A DNA stretch of 57,926 bases, the filler included, from Porpidia crustulata (Eukaryota): assembly GCA_964255105.1 (NCBI GenBank). It is 8 parts of 8 records of this genome, joined end to end, with 100 filler letters (N's around TTAATTAATTAA, not from the genome) between each part and the next. Parts side by side here need not be neighbours in the genome. Positions count along the whole stretch, not along the records: positions 36,338 to 43,470 come from CAXUWE010001390.1; positions 43,571 to 50,701 come from CAXUWE010001391.1; 6 more parts are not named here. The stretch is one strand, 5' to 3'. Under the pieces are notes generated by a model that saw only the letters and a list, made by a program, of their open reading frames with translations, made no database searches and was not told where the DNA came from. This document shows positions 37,092 to 48,757 of this stretch, one piece after another. Positions within the stretch are counted from its first letter, which is position 1, and every line of letters begins with the position of its first letter. Both the position numbers and the translations under genes were made by a program.

Positions 37092-39659
37092 TCATACATC
37101 TGTCAGAGGCTCCGGCGTGGTCTCTGGATCGGAATGATATGTCTGAAACAGAGCGAAGCCATGGAAAAAATGGCCGAAAGTCGCCATGGTAGGTACATGT
37201 TGTTCTCGTGCCTCACTGGCGAGAGATGTTGCTGGGGGAGAACTAAAAGGAGGCGGATCAGTGATTCCATCAATTTGATGGATGGCCTCTACTTTTACGG
37301 CAGACTCAATGGGTGGTAAAGGGCTGGGGCTGAGACCTCGACTCTCGCTTTTGATCTTGCGGTGTGGGAATGGTGAAGAACGTGGGAGGGGCATTTTGGC
37401 AGTCCTTTTCGTAATGGACACGGTTGGAGGAGAAGTTTTACAGGCACGAGCTCGGCTCTCGCTCCTCGTCAGGGGTGAGGTGATCGGTGAAGAATGTCGT
37501 TTAGAAGACCTACTGGTGCTTATCTCAGCGACTCTGATAGGAGGTGGAGAGTTTCGCGCACGAGCACTGCTTTGACTTCTGGTGGTGGGTCGTGAGAGCA
37601 GTGGACGCCGGCGGGTGCGAAATTTGCGTTCCTTATCGAAAAGTGCATTTGGCAACGAGAGCGGGTCCAGGATCAAAGGGCAGCTCTCAGCTCCGGTAGT
37701 AGGAAGAACGGGTGAAGAGCTTCTTGGGAGAGTAGAATCTGCCGGTCCAACGGTACTCGTGCTCCCAACTTTCAAGGATCGCCTTTCCACCAAACAAGGA
37801 GGAACATGTGGACAATTTTGAAGAGAACTCGAGTGATTTAAACATCGCATTCGACTAGTGGACGTTGCAGATGGTTCCAATGAAAAATGACGCCAGTTGC
37901 AGCAGGCCCATTTACCACAAATCTTGCTTATCTCCCATTTATCCTCGATGTATCATTGTTTGTGCTCTTCTGTTAACATATCTCCGATGAGTAGCGCTAC
38001 TAAACCAAAATTGACCGAAAGGTGATGATGATCGTGCCCGTCTTTCCAATGGAATCTCCAGTGAGTAGCTCCGTGACCATGATCCGCTCGCGATCCTTGT
38101 AGATGTGGGTAAAGCCAACAGCCGTCCAATGGCAAACCTTCTTCGAAAAGGTCGTACATCTCCCTAACATGACTCTTCATGGAAAGTACCAGCTCTGAGC
38201 TTGGGTTGTATATGAAGGCATGCTTGCGGTACTTGATTGAGGCTTGACCTGATTGCGTGTCATAGTCAGAAAGCTCGGTAGAACACCTAGTTGATTCGTC
38301 TGTGTATTCAGATGGGCTATCTGATATGGAAGACTCGCTTTCAGATGATGGTCGTTTTCTCTTTCGCAAACTTTGATTATTGCTGGTGCAAGCCATGCGA
38401 CTCCGTTCAGCAGCAACTTGGTGTAGTTTGTCGATTAAAGATGTGCTCCTTGACGCTTTTAGAGGATAATCTGATGTCTTCGAGCTTTGTGGTTCATTGG
38501 ATTCCGATTTCGGGTAAGACACGTTGGTGATCCTTTGATCATTATTTGATTCCTTAGGTTCGTCAACGGTTAATGTGTCAAAAGCGTTGCTATGTGACCT
38601 TTTCCTTGGAGCATAAAGTAAGGCTGAGGTTTCTTTAGTCAACAGCTTTGCTGTTTGAAGCCCATGATCGCTATCATCTTCAATTACGATAGGAGAATAC
38701 CCGGATTCGGGATTTGTATTGAAGAGTCTCGGAACCCTACCATCGAGGTTGGTCCTACCTAGTGAAGGATTCAGCTTCGGACTACTGAGCTCAGAGTTCA
38801 TTCCATCCAATCGACCCAGTCTCCTTGAGATGCTAAGCCTTGAGTCTGTGCCGACAGGTGGCTCCCGGATCCTCAAAATATGTGGATCGAAGTCTATTTC
38901 ATTGATTGGGCTCGAGGTCCTAGAAATGCTAGGTTCGAAGTCAATCCTATCGATTGGGCTTTGGACCGCCCAGGTGCTAGGCTCGCAGTCCGCTATATTC
39001 TCCAGACTCGACGTTCTTAATTCGCTAGGCTCGATGTGCCTGCTACTAAATGGTCGTGAGACTCTGGAAGTTGTGGGCTCGAAATTAATTTCGTTTAGCA
39101 TACCCCGAGACAAGCGAATCCCTGGGTAAAGGTCTGCCAGTATCATTCCTTGGACTTCCAATGGTGGCGCATCCACCTGAAATTCACCTCTTCTTTCTGC
39201 TTGTGGAAAAACGGGGTCCAAAGATTCATTCCTCTCAGAGATATTTGAAAGCATGTTGGAAGTCTTGCTTCCTCTGCGACTCTGGTCAAACGCGGACTCT
39301 ATGCTACCTTCGTCTGCTTTTTGACAGATCTTTAAGGGTTCCTCTACGACTTCTTTGCGCCCAGTGAACGACGCAATTGTCGGTAGTTCGCTCGTAGGGA
39401 AGTCAGTCTTATGAATCCTATGAACAGAGCTGACTCCACCGCACGATCGCCAAACAGCTCCATTCTTCTGCAGTCTTTTTAATTCTGTCGAAGGAGAGCG
39501 CGCATCTCTGCATCGTTGAAATCTGCTCTTTGTAACGGATTTGACACCACCGTTCGATTGATATACAGCGTCCTCTCCGCATGTAATAGATTCCTCATAA
39601 TTGGAAAATGTGATATCAACAACTTTTCTACAATTTTCTGATGGGTTCGCAGTCGACAT
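37092..39659 (-). pseudogene. Large protein with His-Cys box (His-Me finger, homing-endonuclease zinc-loop-like) domain interrupted by in-frame TGA at 37953-37955
   Basis: The 573-aa and 262-aa ORFs are in the same frame; read-through gives DGCWLYP..LTEEHKQ*YIEDKWEISKICGKWACCNWRHFSLEPSATSTSRMRC..NCPHVPPCL. Confidence 0.65.
38715..39098 (-). repeat. Eight degenerate 16-aa (48-bp) coding repeats
   Basis: LNEINFEPTTSRVSRP/FSSRHIEPSELRTSSL/ENIADCEPSTWAVQSP/IDRIDFEPSISRTSSP/INEIDFDPHILRIREP/PVGTDSRLSISRRLGR/LDGMNSELSSPKLNPS/LGRTNLDGRVPRLFNT. Confidence 0.7.
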
Positions 39660-41577
39660 ATCGGAACCCCTCAAGTTTGGATGTGCTAGAATTTGAGATA
39701 ACTTTGGTTCCTATATAATCCTGAATATACATAGAGTTTTTGCAAGATAGATTTAATAATCGGAGTTCTTCAGCGGCGGTTTTGTCGATAATGGTAACTC
39801 AAGTCTGGCTGGCAACAACTTTGGTGATTAGAGAGAGTTGTTCCATGTTTGGGATACTAGTAGTCGTAGACTGGGTTATTATTTATTCGGAGGGTTGCGC
39901 TGCTTATATATCCTTGAAATGGTGGGGAGATAATATTCAATCATGTACCAGATTCACCGCGGCTCATGGAAGACGTGTTCACTGGAAGACAGACCGAGCT
40001 GCATGCTTCATGAGCCTGTGAAGTACAGAATCCAAGAATAGAAATCGAAGCATCATAGCAAAAACGGGATATCAGGCATAGATAAATGAGAAATAGAGCC
40101 GACTTTGTGAACGAAAGAAAGTCAAACGAAACAGAAATCATGGGCGGCCACTACTTGATTCGAGTCTCTGTTGCTGAAGCTCATATTGCAATACGCTAAG
40201 AGGTAGAGTCGCTGGACTCGTGAAGACAATTGCAATTCACTCCTCCATTGGGAAGCTGAATGAATATATGTGTAGAGAATGGGGTGGGGGGGAGGCGGGG
40301 TAGAGGACACAGTGAATGTGCGAGGGAGATCGGTGATGCTGCTACGTCTCAAGGAAGAACACAGAAATCTCTGTATGTTAACGATTCCTTGCTTGTAGTA
40401 GTAATCATTCTACCAGACGGTTGGTGTATAAAAAGAAAGGCAAGTAAAGGAAGTCACAAGCGAGGAAGCTCGGTTACAGTTTGGTGAGGCATTTACGGGA
40501 GTTGTAGGGCAGATGGTAAGGCTGACATAGCCGCATCCAACGGGATTGCCCTATCGGGTGGGATGTCGATGTGGATGTGGGGGGTGCGACGACGGAATCC
40601 CGGAATTCTGATCAATGGGCGGTAGAGTTGAACAAGAAGGTCAAACCATCTGTTAAGGATTGGCTTGTAGAGGGGACATAACCATTGGTAGTACGGTAAT
40701 ACGGAGAGTATCTGAGGAGTGGTCTTATCCTGGCATTCTATTTTGTTCCATTCGTCCACTTTGTTCTAGTGCAGAGATCATGTGGGAACCCGTGGGCATA
40801 CGAGACAAGAGAGCCCTCGACTTGTCAGATGTGGAGAAGAAGACGGAAATAGCTTTGCTGCTCAAGATCGGCAGGTATCACCCACGAGCTCTCACCGCCA
40901 AAACTGCGCATGTAAATTAAGGGGACGATGGGATTGTAGTCGTCGTGTTATTTCAACATAGAATACTTCCTAAGGTGCTATATCAGTAGCCTCATGCCCG
41001 AGGCTGTTTCGAGGTCTTGCATCGCGCTGGTCCAGAGTGCAGCAAAGCAGGTAGTAAGGTATCTAGAGTGCTAAACACCAGTGACACCTAAAGGCCAGAA
41101 GCCAAGGCCATCGGCGGACTTACCCGCACTTCGCATAAAACCCCACGGCCCTCCCACCAGTTCCTCTTCTTCCACATCTCCACAATCATTGCAGAGATAG
41201 GCACGGCAAGCATCACCATTTTGGTTGTTGTCTTCGCTGCAACGGCCGGCGCCATTTGGTGCAAGGCTCAGCCGCTCTGACAGCCAGCGTCGTTGCCGCT
41301 GCTCCTTTTGTTTTCTCTGAGGCGTTCGGTGGTCAACTTCTGTCTGTTTGGCGGTTCCGCAGCCAAGGCGTTTGTTTTCCCAGCATAATACCCCGATTGA
41401 CGACATGCTGTATTCAAGGTGGCGCTGACACACCTCTTCGTTCGTATCTTTCCTCCGAGACCAAATCTGCCGGTCGCTCTGGCCAAATTCCTTTTTCCGC
41501 GCCCGGTCACACCTTATCTTTGAAAACACACTACTTATCAGACTCAGCGGGCAGCAAGTACCTCCAAACCATCAAAG

Positions 41578-43131
41578 ATGCTGATTGAAGGAGAGAAATA
41601 TGCTTGCGAAGCATGCGTGAGAGGCCACCGTGTCAGTAATTGTCAACATTCAGGTAAACACCTCGGGCTTCCAACACTGTAATCACACCCTTGACACGGA
41701 ACAGACAGGCCCCTCACTCACATCAACAAGAAAGGCCGCCCGGTCTCGCAATGCCCCCATTGTAGAGGTTTGCGCAAGTCCCGCGCTTCCCACGTCAAGT
41801 GCGACTGCGGCGAGAAATCGCACACAAAAGAGGATTGCCTAGATGCCGAGATCCAGCACGAACTCAACGAGAACACCTTTGAATTCTCAGCCGATCCAAA
41901 TGCATCGGAACTCCAGTTCTGCTGCTGTACCCATGGGATGCGATGTACCTGCGCCATCAAGAAAGAATACTTGGACCCAGTGCCCGAAGCGGAAGTTCCT
42001 ATAGCGGTTCTACAATCAATTCCGTCTTCTCGCAAGCCTCGGCTCACGACGGCTCAATCTGATACTTCCTTGACAGTCTTCACAAATGGTCACCATAAAC
42101 CTATCCATAGGTACAACGACGCAGCCCACAAATGCGGGGCGCCTTACAAAATACCTATACCGCATAGCATACACGGCAATTCGGATATTGCAAGAAGATC
42201 ACTAGACCATCTACCGCTCACCAAGACCTTGGAGCAAGCCCCGTCACCCCTCCAGGAGTCAATTTCTAGCGCACAACAGGAGGTACGATTGGTCAGATCA
42301 GAACATGGATCTCCGGAACAAAGGGCCACCCCGACGTTTGACGGATTCAAGAGCCAACTACCTGCCTTGGTCTTGGAGCGCCATTGTCCTTATATTGATC
42401 CGATAGAAAGCCCGCTGAATGAGGAGTATAGCAATTACCATTCTCCCAGGGGATTTGAAACATACTTCACGGCACCAGAAGATCAGCCGGCTTTGTCCGC
42501 GGGCTTTAACATGCCGATTGTGGACTGGTCAGCTCTGGACCTACCCCTAGAGGGTGGCAACCTATCCACCTCATACAGCCAACCTCCGTCGTATGCTAGC
42601 TTTGATCATAGCAACATCGGTCAACCGGGTCTGACCACAGCATCGTCCGATGAAGTTTCGGAGATTGAGGAGTATGCACCTCACAACGGGAATGCATCTT
42701 CGACCATGCGACGAGATCAGAACATCTCCAGTTCATCCCAGGTCACAGATCCCAGCACTTACCGACATAGCTCAGCCTCGTCGTTCCTCGAATTACCACA
42801 AGCGTCTATGCTCTCATCGAGCAACCTCAGTAATCTCGACATGGACGCTTTCCTTCGAGGCACAACTGCCTCGCCTACCGATTTTGAGGCTCCCAATACC
42901 GCTGCCGTTTTAGATTCCGAGCAATTCGTCAAACACGGCATCACCGTCCAAGACGCACAAAAGCTCGCCCACCCCAGCGATCTAAACCGTAACGGGCCTC
43001 CAACACAAGCTATGGGCCAACTTTCCATACCCACACCCACCGACGACATGGATCCCCTGTGGGCCGCACCATTGACCGACGAGGCATCGTTTGATTCGGA
43101 AGATGACCCGACCAGTGTATGGGGCAGATAA
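41578..43131 (+). CDS. Copper-fist transcription factor (Ace1/AceA/Crf1-like), intron 41654-41704
   Basis: MLIEGEKYACEACVRGHRVSNCQHSDRPLTHINKKGRPVSQCPHCRGLRKSRASHVKCDC; CCCTHGMRCTCA; VFTNGHHKP. Confidence 0.93.
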
Positions 43132-43470
43132 CCCCCGTGGAAAGGCAACAGGCCTTGCGACGATGTCATGAGTTACTACGATCTTGGGGGTGGAAATTGC
43201 AGAGCGTTGTAGATAGATTCTTAGCCGGACACATTATGGGTAAAGCTGGACACATCATGGGCGACATAGCTGCATCGGATTGGTATTGTCAAGGGAATTC
43301 GGTTGACTCGGTGGGCTCGGTGGATAAGGTAGAATTCAATGGTCCTTGTTCTATTATCCCAGACCTCGGAATCTGACTTGAAGCTACCTACATTTAAAAT
43401 GTCGCTCGGATCGTAGGTACCCATGGATCTGAAATCCGTCAAATCCAACCGACCGCATTCACCGTGATCC

Positions 43471-43570
43471 NNNNNNNNNNNNNNNNNNNNNNNNNNNNNN
43501 NNNNNNNNNNNNNNTTAATTAATTAANNNNNNNNNNNNNNNNNNNNNNNNNNNNNNNNNNNNNNNNNNNN
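43471..43570. other. Artificial contig spacer
   Basis: N44-TTAATTAATTAA-N44. Confidence 0.99.
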
Positions 43571-43962
43571 TCCTCAATCATGGCAATATCAAAAAAGTCC
43601 TTCCGTCGAGCGCCGGTGGCGATATTTTCTATCGATATCACGGCTTTGCATTCTTCTATACGAAGGTGATGTTGTGATGTCGTATTTGAAAAAAAAAATT
43701 CTGCTTCGATGTTTGTAGGTCGAGGAAAAGATAAAAGAACTTAAATATTTGTGTGGCTCCAGCTGTGTTTTTGCGTTAAGATTGATGATGTGATGAGTAT
43801 TTGTCAAGAAAAATCGAAATTAATTAAGGCCCTGCTCTTGTCAGTGTTACGACCTTCTTTTCTCATCTCTGCGTCTGAAGTGTAGAGAGAAGATTCGCAC
43901 CGTATCTTTCGGCTTTTTCAGTCGTCGGGATTTTTTTTAGCAGTTGAGATCTTTATCGATCC

Positions 43963-44287
43963 TGTGACGGGCTATGAAATATATATACACATCTTATACA
44001 CACCTCGAACTTAAAATCGGCGATTGTCGTTTTGATTCGAGAAAGAAACAGAGCCGCTTTAAAGGGAGCATCAAGGAGCAAGAGCGAGCACGAGAGAGCA
44101 TAAAGTCAGCAGAGAATACCATTGGATGAGCGAAAGGGAGCACTAAAAGGCAGCGCAGAAGCGAATTAGGTAAGACCCTGATCTGGCTCCCCAGCATTTC
44201 GGCTTGAGCTACCCTCTTTATTTTGTGTTGCCTTAAGCCCTCGCTGTGCTACTTAGACTTCGCTACTCCTTTCAGAATTCCTTGACA
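43963..44287. mobile_element. Possible LTR relic (about 325 bp, TGTGAC...TTGACA termini)
   Basis: TG..CA termini with imperfect inverted match, lying in a non-coding AT-rich contig end; no target-site duplication seen. Confidence 0.3.
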
Positions 44288-45776
44288 GTTGCAGCGATTG
44301 AGAGAATAATCCAGCGAAGCCAGCCTTACAATACATGTCACAGCGAAGACAAGTTGAAAAGAAAATGAGCTGACAACCGGGGGGGGAGCAAGTGGGCTGG
44401 ACTGGATTGGGGGAACACAATCGTAAAAATTGCAGGGAGGGCTAAGGATTGCGGGAAAAGCTGACTTGGGGTAAAATTCTTGAGATCGGGGGTCGTGTTT
44501 ATTACATATGTATAGGCTGAGAGAGTGTGTACAAATATAATGATCTTTTCTTTTCACTGCGTTCTTGAGCTTGTAAAAAATCACCTACCTTGCCTCCTAC
44601 TACCTGCCTCGATTAATCTTCGACTTATTATATACAAAAAATAATTCGCCCTGAAGCGGTGTATGCGTGAGGTAAGTCCGTAGCAGAGTGGTGAGGATGA
44701 TAGATCGTCCTCCCACTTCACTTTGTCGCCAAGCAGATACTTGATACCTTGATCGACCCAAGGTTACTCTCTGTCATATCGGAGGTGCGAGGCTGACAAT
44801 TTCTACCTGCGATACCGATGCGTGATGTCACGCTGGCTTTACCTTCACAAAGTAAGGGAAAATACTAAAGGTAAGGCAGCTGTAAAGTTGTCTTTGGTGC
44901 GTTAGGAGAGGAGAAGCTAGGATGATCCTTGAGTTTTAAATAAAAGAGGGGATGGGATCGTCATATCTAGATCTCTGCTTTCTGCAGACTCGGTATGTGT
45001 ATCTCGATTATATATCTAATTATATTGGATATACCCCAAGCCTAGGATCATTGAGTGCCAAATAAATCTATACAGCCCTAACCCTAGGGTCTAGCGTGGC
45101 TCCATTGGTTTGGCTCATTGCTGTGCTTCCGTGCTCGGGCGGCCTCGTCCAATAGAGCAGCAGAGCAATAGAGCAGAATGAATACCAGATGGAGTCACGA
45201 TGATTTGAGTCTCATTGTGTACCTATAAAGACGCAGTCATTTCACAAGTCCTATGGTATACTCGTGCCTCTTCAATTTCTAGACCTAACCTGAGAGCCTC
45301 GTGTGTTCCGATCCGCCTTACCCATTGACGGAGCGTACGATCTCTTACAGCTATTATTGTACTTGATTTCTTGATTATCCTCATGTTGTAACATGGATAC
45401 CCCGTATTTGCGCTTTGTACGCCTGGATTCTGTTGACGAGGAAAAGACGATAGGCAGATTATTACAAACACATCCAGATTTATACTCGCCGTCTTTGGAG
45501 GCGAAGGTCAAAAATCTCGTGTATCAAATCCAGCTCAGTAGCTCGTTCGGATTGATCAGACCACTTAAGACCAGCTACAGGTGAGAATAAGTATAATTCA
45601 TACAAGAAAAGTGGACTATTAGACGCTACAAACTATCCACGACGTAGACACAGACAGCCGGGACGTGCGATTGCCGACGCCAATTTGCTTTGGCTCTTCA
45701 CAGTTCCAAATACTGGGACAGAACATAGGTACGGTGTTGGCCCTCAACACAGCTTCAATCCATGTCAGCGGCTACC

Positions 45777-47453
45777 TTAATGCCATGCCGTTTTGTGTGG
45801 ATGGAAATGTTTGTTCTCGATCTTGTGCTCCGTTGTCGTCTTGATCATCTCTCCAAGATTTTCATCAACGCGAGCAAACATAGCTGTGGGTTCGTTATTA
45901 GTGGAAAACCCAAGTCCATGGCGTGATTGAGAATCACTCACCGTATGCCTCATCTCGAATCCATTTTCTCTCGCAACCGCTAGTATGTGCAGATGCGTTG
46001 TTCACAAAGCGCTTCTGTGCTCCCTCTTGCTTTCCCATCAGTTGCCATAAGGCAGTCGCTTGTGTGAAATCCTTCTCGGTAACCTCGGATGCAAAAGACA
46101 CAGGCACTTCGCCAGCAGAAGTCTGGTCATACTTGCCCACATTCTTCGTGGTCGCTCTTCCTGCTCCCTTCGCAGCTTCTGCATTCGGCCCTCCCTGTTC
46201 AGCCGTCAAGAAATTAAAAGGCTTAATCTTCGAGCCGACGTAGTTCGGGTCTCCCCCTGAATTCTTGGTGAAGTTCATCAATCCGTCTCGTTCAACAGGA
46301 CAGTAGACTTCACTCTTCGCAGCGTTTGTGGGTAGAAATTGGTAGTTGATTCCCAATCGGTATCGAGCCGCATCGGGGTAAGCAAACATTCTCGCTTGCA
46401 GCATTGGATCCGGACTTGGTTCAACGCCTCTGACCATATTGCTAGGGCTGAACGCTGCTTGCTCGATTTCTGCAAACCAATTGTCCGGATTCTCGCAGAG
46501 CGTCATGCGGCCAACCTTACGCAAAGGGTATTGCTTGTGTGGCCAGATTTTAGTCATGTCGAAAATATCGACCGAAGCATCCGCAATCTCCTCGGGACGG
46601 ATTGTCTGAACGCACACATTCCAAGATGGGAAGTTGCCAGACTTGATAGCTTCTTGGAGATCCTGGATATGATGGTCAGGGTTGGTCCCTGCCAGTGTAG
46701 CGCCTTCTGTGTTTGTGAAGTAGTGGTTGCCCTGGTTGGTGAGGATGTGGATGCGGATATAATAGTATGAGCCATCTGCTTTCGAGAACTTGTACGTATT
46801 CCCACTATAAGCATTAATGTGTCTGACCGAGGAAGGTAGACCCCGGTCACCAAACAAGAACATCAAAGCGTGTATGCTTTCTTGACTGTTCACGTGAAAG
46901 TCCCAAAACATGTCTGAATTGGGCCTGTTCGTGGTAGGATCACGCTTATGGCTGCGATTCAGCGAGGGTAACTTGACAGGATCGCGGACGAAAAAAACTG
47001 GCTGCAGACGTGTTAGTGACCCGACCGCAGCAATCTCGGTATTGGCTTCACCTGGTTATTAAAGACCCAGTCCTGGTTACCCTCTGAGGTCTTGAACTTG
47101 ATGGCGAATCCTCGAAAATCTCGCACAGTGTCTGCAGAGCCTTTCTCGGGCCCTGTTGTGGCGATTCGAGCAAGCACATCCGTACGCTTTCCAATGCCGG
47201 TCAAGAAATCAGCATCGGTGATATCAGATATGTCATCTGTGACTTCAAAATAGCCTCTGGCTCCTACTGCTTTGGCGTGTACAGACCTCTCCGGAATTCG
47301 CTCTCTCGAGAAATGTGCCAGGTTCTCAATCAATTGTGTGCTGGTCATAAGCAAGAATCCCCCGCCGCTACCCGTCCGTAGCTGCTCTGAAGTGTCATTT
47401 CTGTGACGAGGTTGGCCCTCGGCCAGAGTGTAGAAGGGGGAGCTTTCTGCCAT
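45777..47453 (-). CDS. Monofunctional small-subunit heme catalase, 3 exons
   Basis: AHFSRERIPERSVHAK (distal His), DTVRDFRGFAIKF, WVFNNQPVFFVRDP (Asn), EQAAFSPSN, LQARMFAYPDAARYRLG (proximal Tyr); ends KTAWH*. Confidence 0.95.
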
Positions 47454-48757
47454 TGCCCTGGGTCTTGGCAGAGCGCGTCACTCGAGTAAGAAGGGATTCA
47501 ACAGCAGATCCCGTACCTAAAATAAACTCGACTACCAATAGGATTGAGTATATTGGTCGTCAACCACACGTAGTAGGTCTTGCCAATGCGTGCTTGATTT
47601 GCTCGGAACTTCTCGTGTACCAGTTCAAGATTGTCATTTGGTTCTATTTACCACTTGAGTTGATGTAAATTTGATACGGATCCACACGGAATTGGCTAGA
47701 CTTGACCTGCTATGGTGGAGATTGTTCCCCATTGTTCCCTGCCTGAGCTGCAGTTCATGGCGAGTGACCGACTGACAGTTCAGCCTGCCCTTGTGCGTCG
47801 CCTGCATGCATCACAGACTTCTAGCGCCAGCATAGCCATCCATCACTGTCACCATCTTCGACGTGGATAGCATTGTGCAAAGATGTCGATCATCGGAAGA
47901 TGCAATTCTCTGAATCAGCTTGAGGCAGTGTGAACTGTGCATCAAGTTGGTGGGCATGGTTGAATTAGTCACAAACATGGTGCATATAGAACAAAAACTC
48001 AATAACTTCACCATTGAACCAGCGCCATTAGGAATCGAACCTAATGTAGCTACAATATAAACCCCAGAACGCATATGGGTCTGGATAAGTTCATTGGGGC
48101 GACTTTGTGCGGGGCTTGCAGCAACAATCCCTCACCAGCCCCCATTAACCGATCAACCAGCTTTGGGCCTCGGGGGATGTCACATACTGGCATATCAAAA
48201 GTCACCAGGTGCGGGGCAATCGTCAACATCTTCCATATGACCCCAACCAAGTCGAGCAACACCATTGACATGCGTAAAGCTTCAGCTCAGACTGCTCTAT
48301 GCATGGATGCCAGGCCTATCACTTCGTATCCAGACTGTGAGCCTTCGTGCGCAATGAAACAAGCGGCTGTTCGTACATCGTGCATACGAAAGGAATCTCA
48401 TGCGTCCCTTCAGAGTCACGATGTTCTTGTGTTCTCACATCGATATCCAGGACGCGCGATTTGATGGTATGAACAAAGATCATGCATCGGTCAGGACTAC
48501 CAGGACACCCCATCCCTGTGATAACGCACGAGCTTAGTCTAGCTTTAACCTCAGAGCTTCGTAATGTCATTTGATGTTTGCCATCTGCTATTGCAAAATA
48601 GGAGTGATCCCCGGCTTGTACTGCTCGGGTCGAACAACGGTATTGATTATTACCTGAACTCAAGTCCCAAGTCCCGAACCTTGGGAGATAAATCTGGTCT
48701 GCAAGCAGCCCTTGAACGAACGCTATTCTCCCTCGTACCCCTTACACAGGAGACAAA

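Noticed and set aside
39700..41577. ORFs in the long intergenic region upstream of the copper-fist gene
   Set aside because: Short, mostly non-ATG starts and no protein-like conservation signal visible.
45075..45090. CCCTAACCCTA telomere-like motif (also AGGGTTAGGGTT near 23608)
   Set aside because: Only two units and internal; expected by chance or as a promoter element.
47454..48757. Short ORFs (71-129 aa) between catalase and sulfite oxidase as a third cluster gene
   Set aside because: Mutually overlapping on both strands with no motif or clear splice structure; treated as the shared promoter region.
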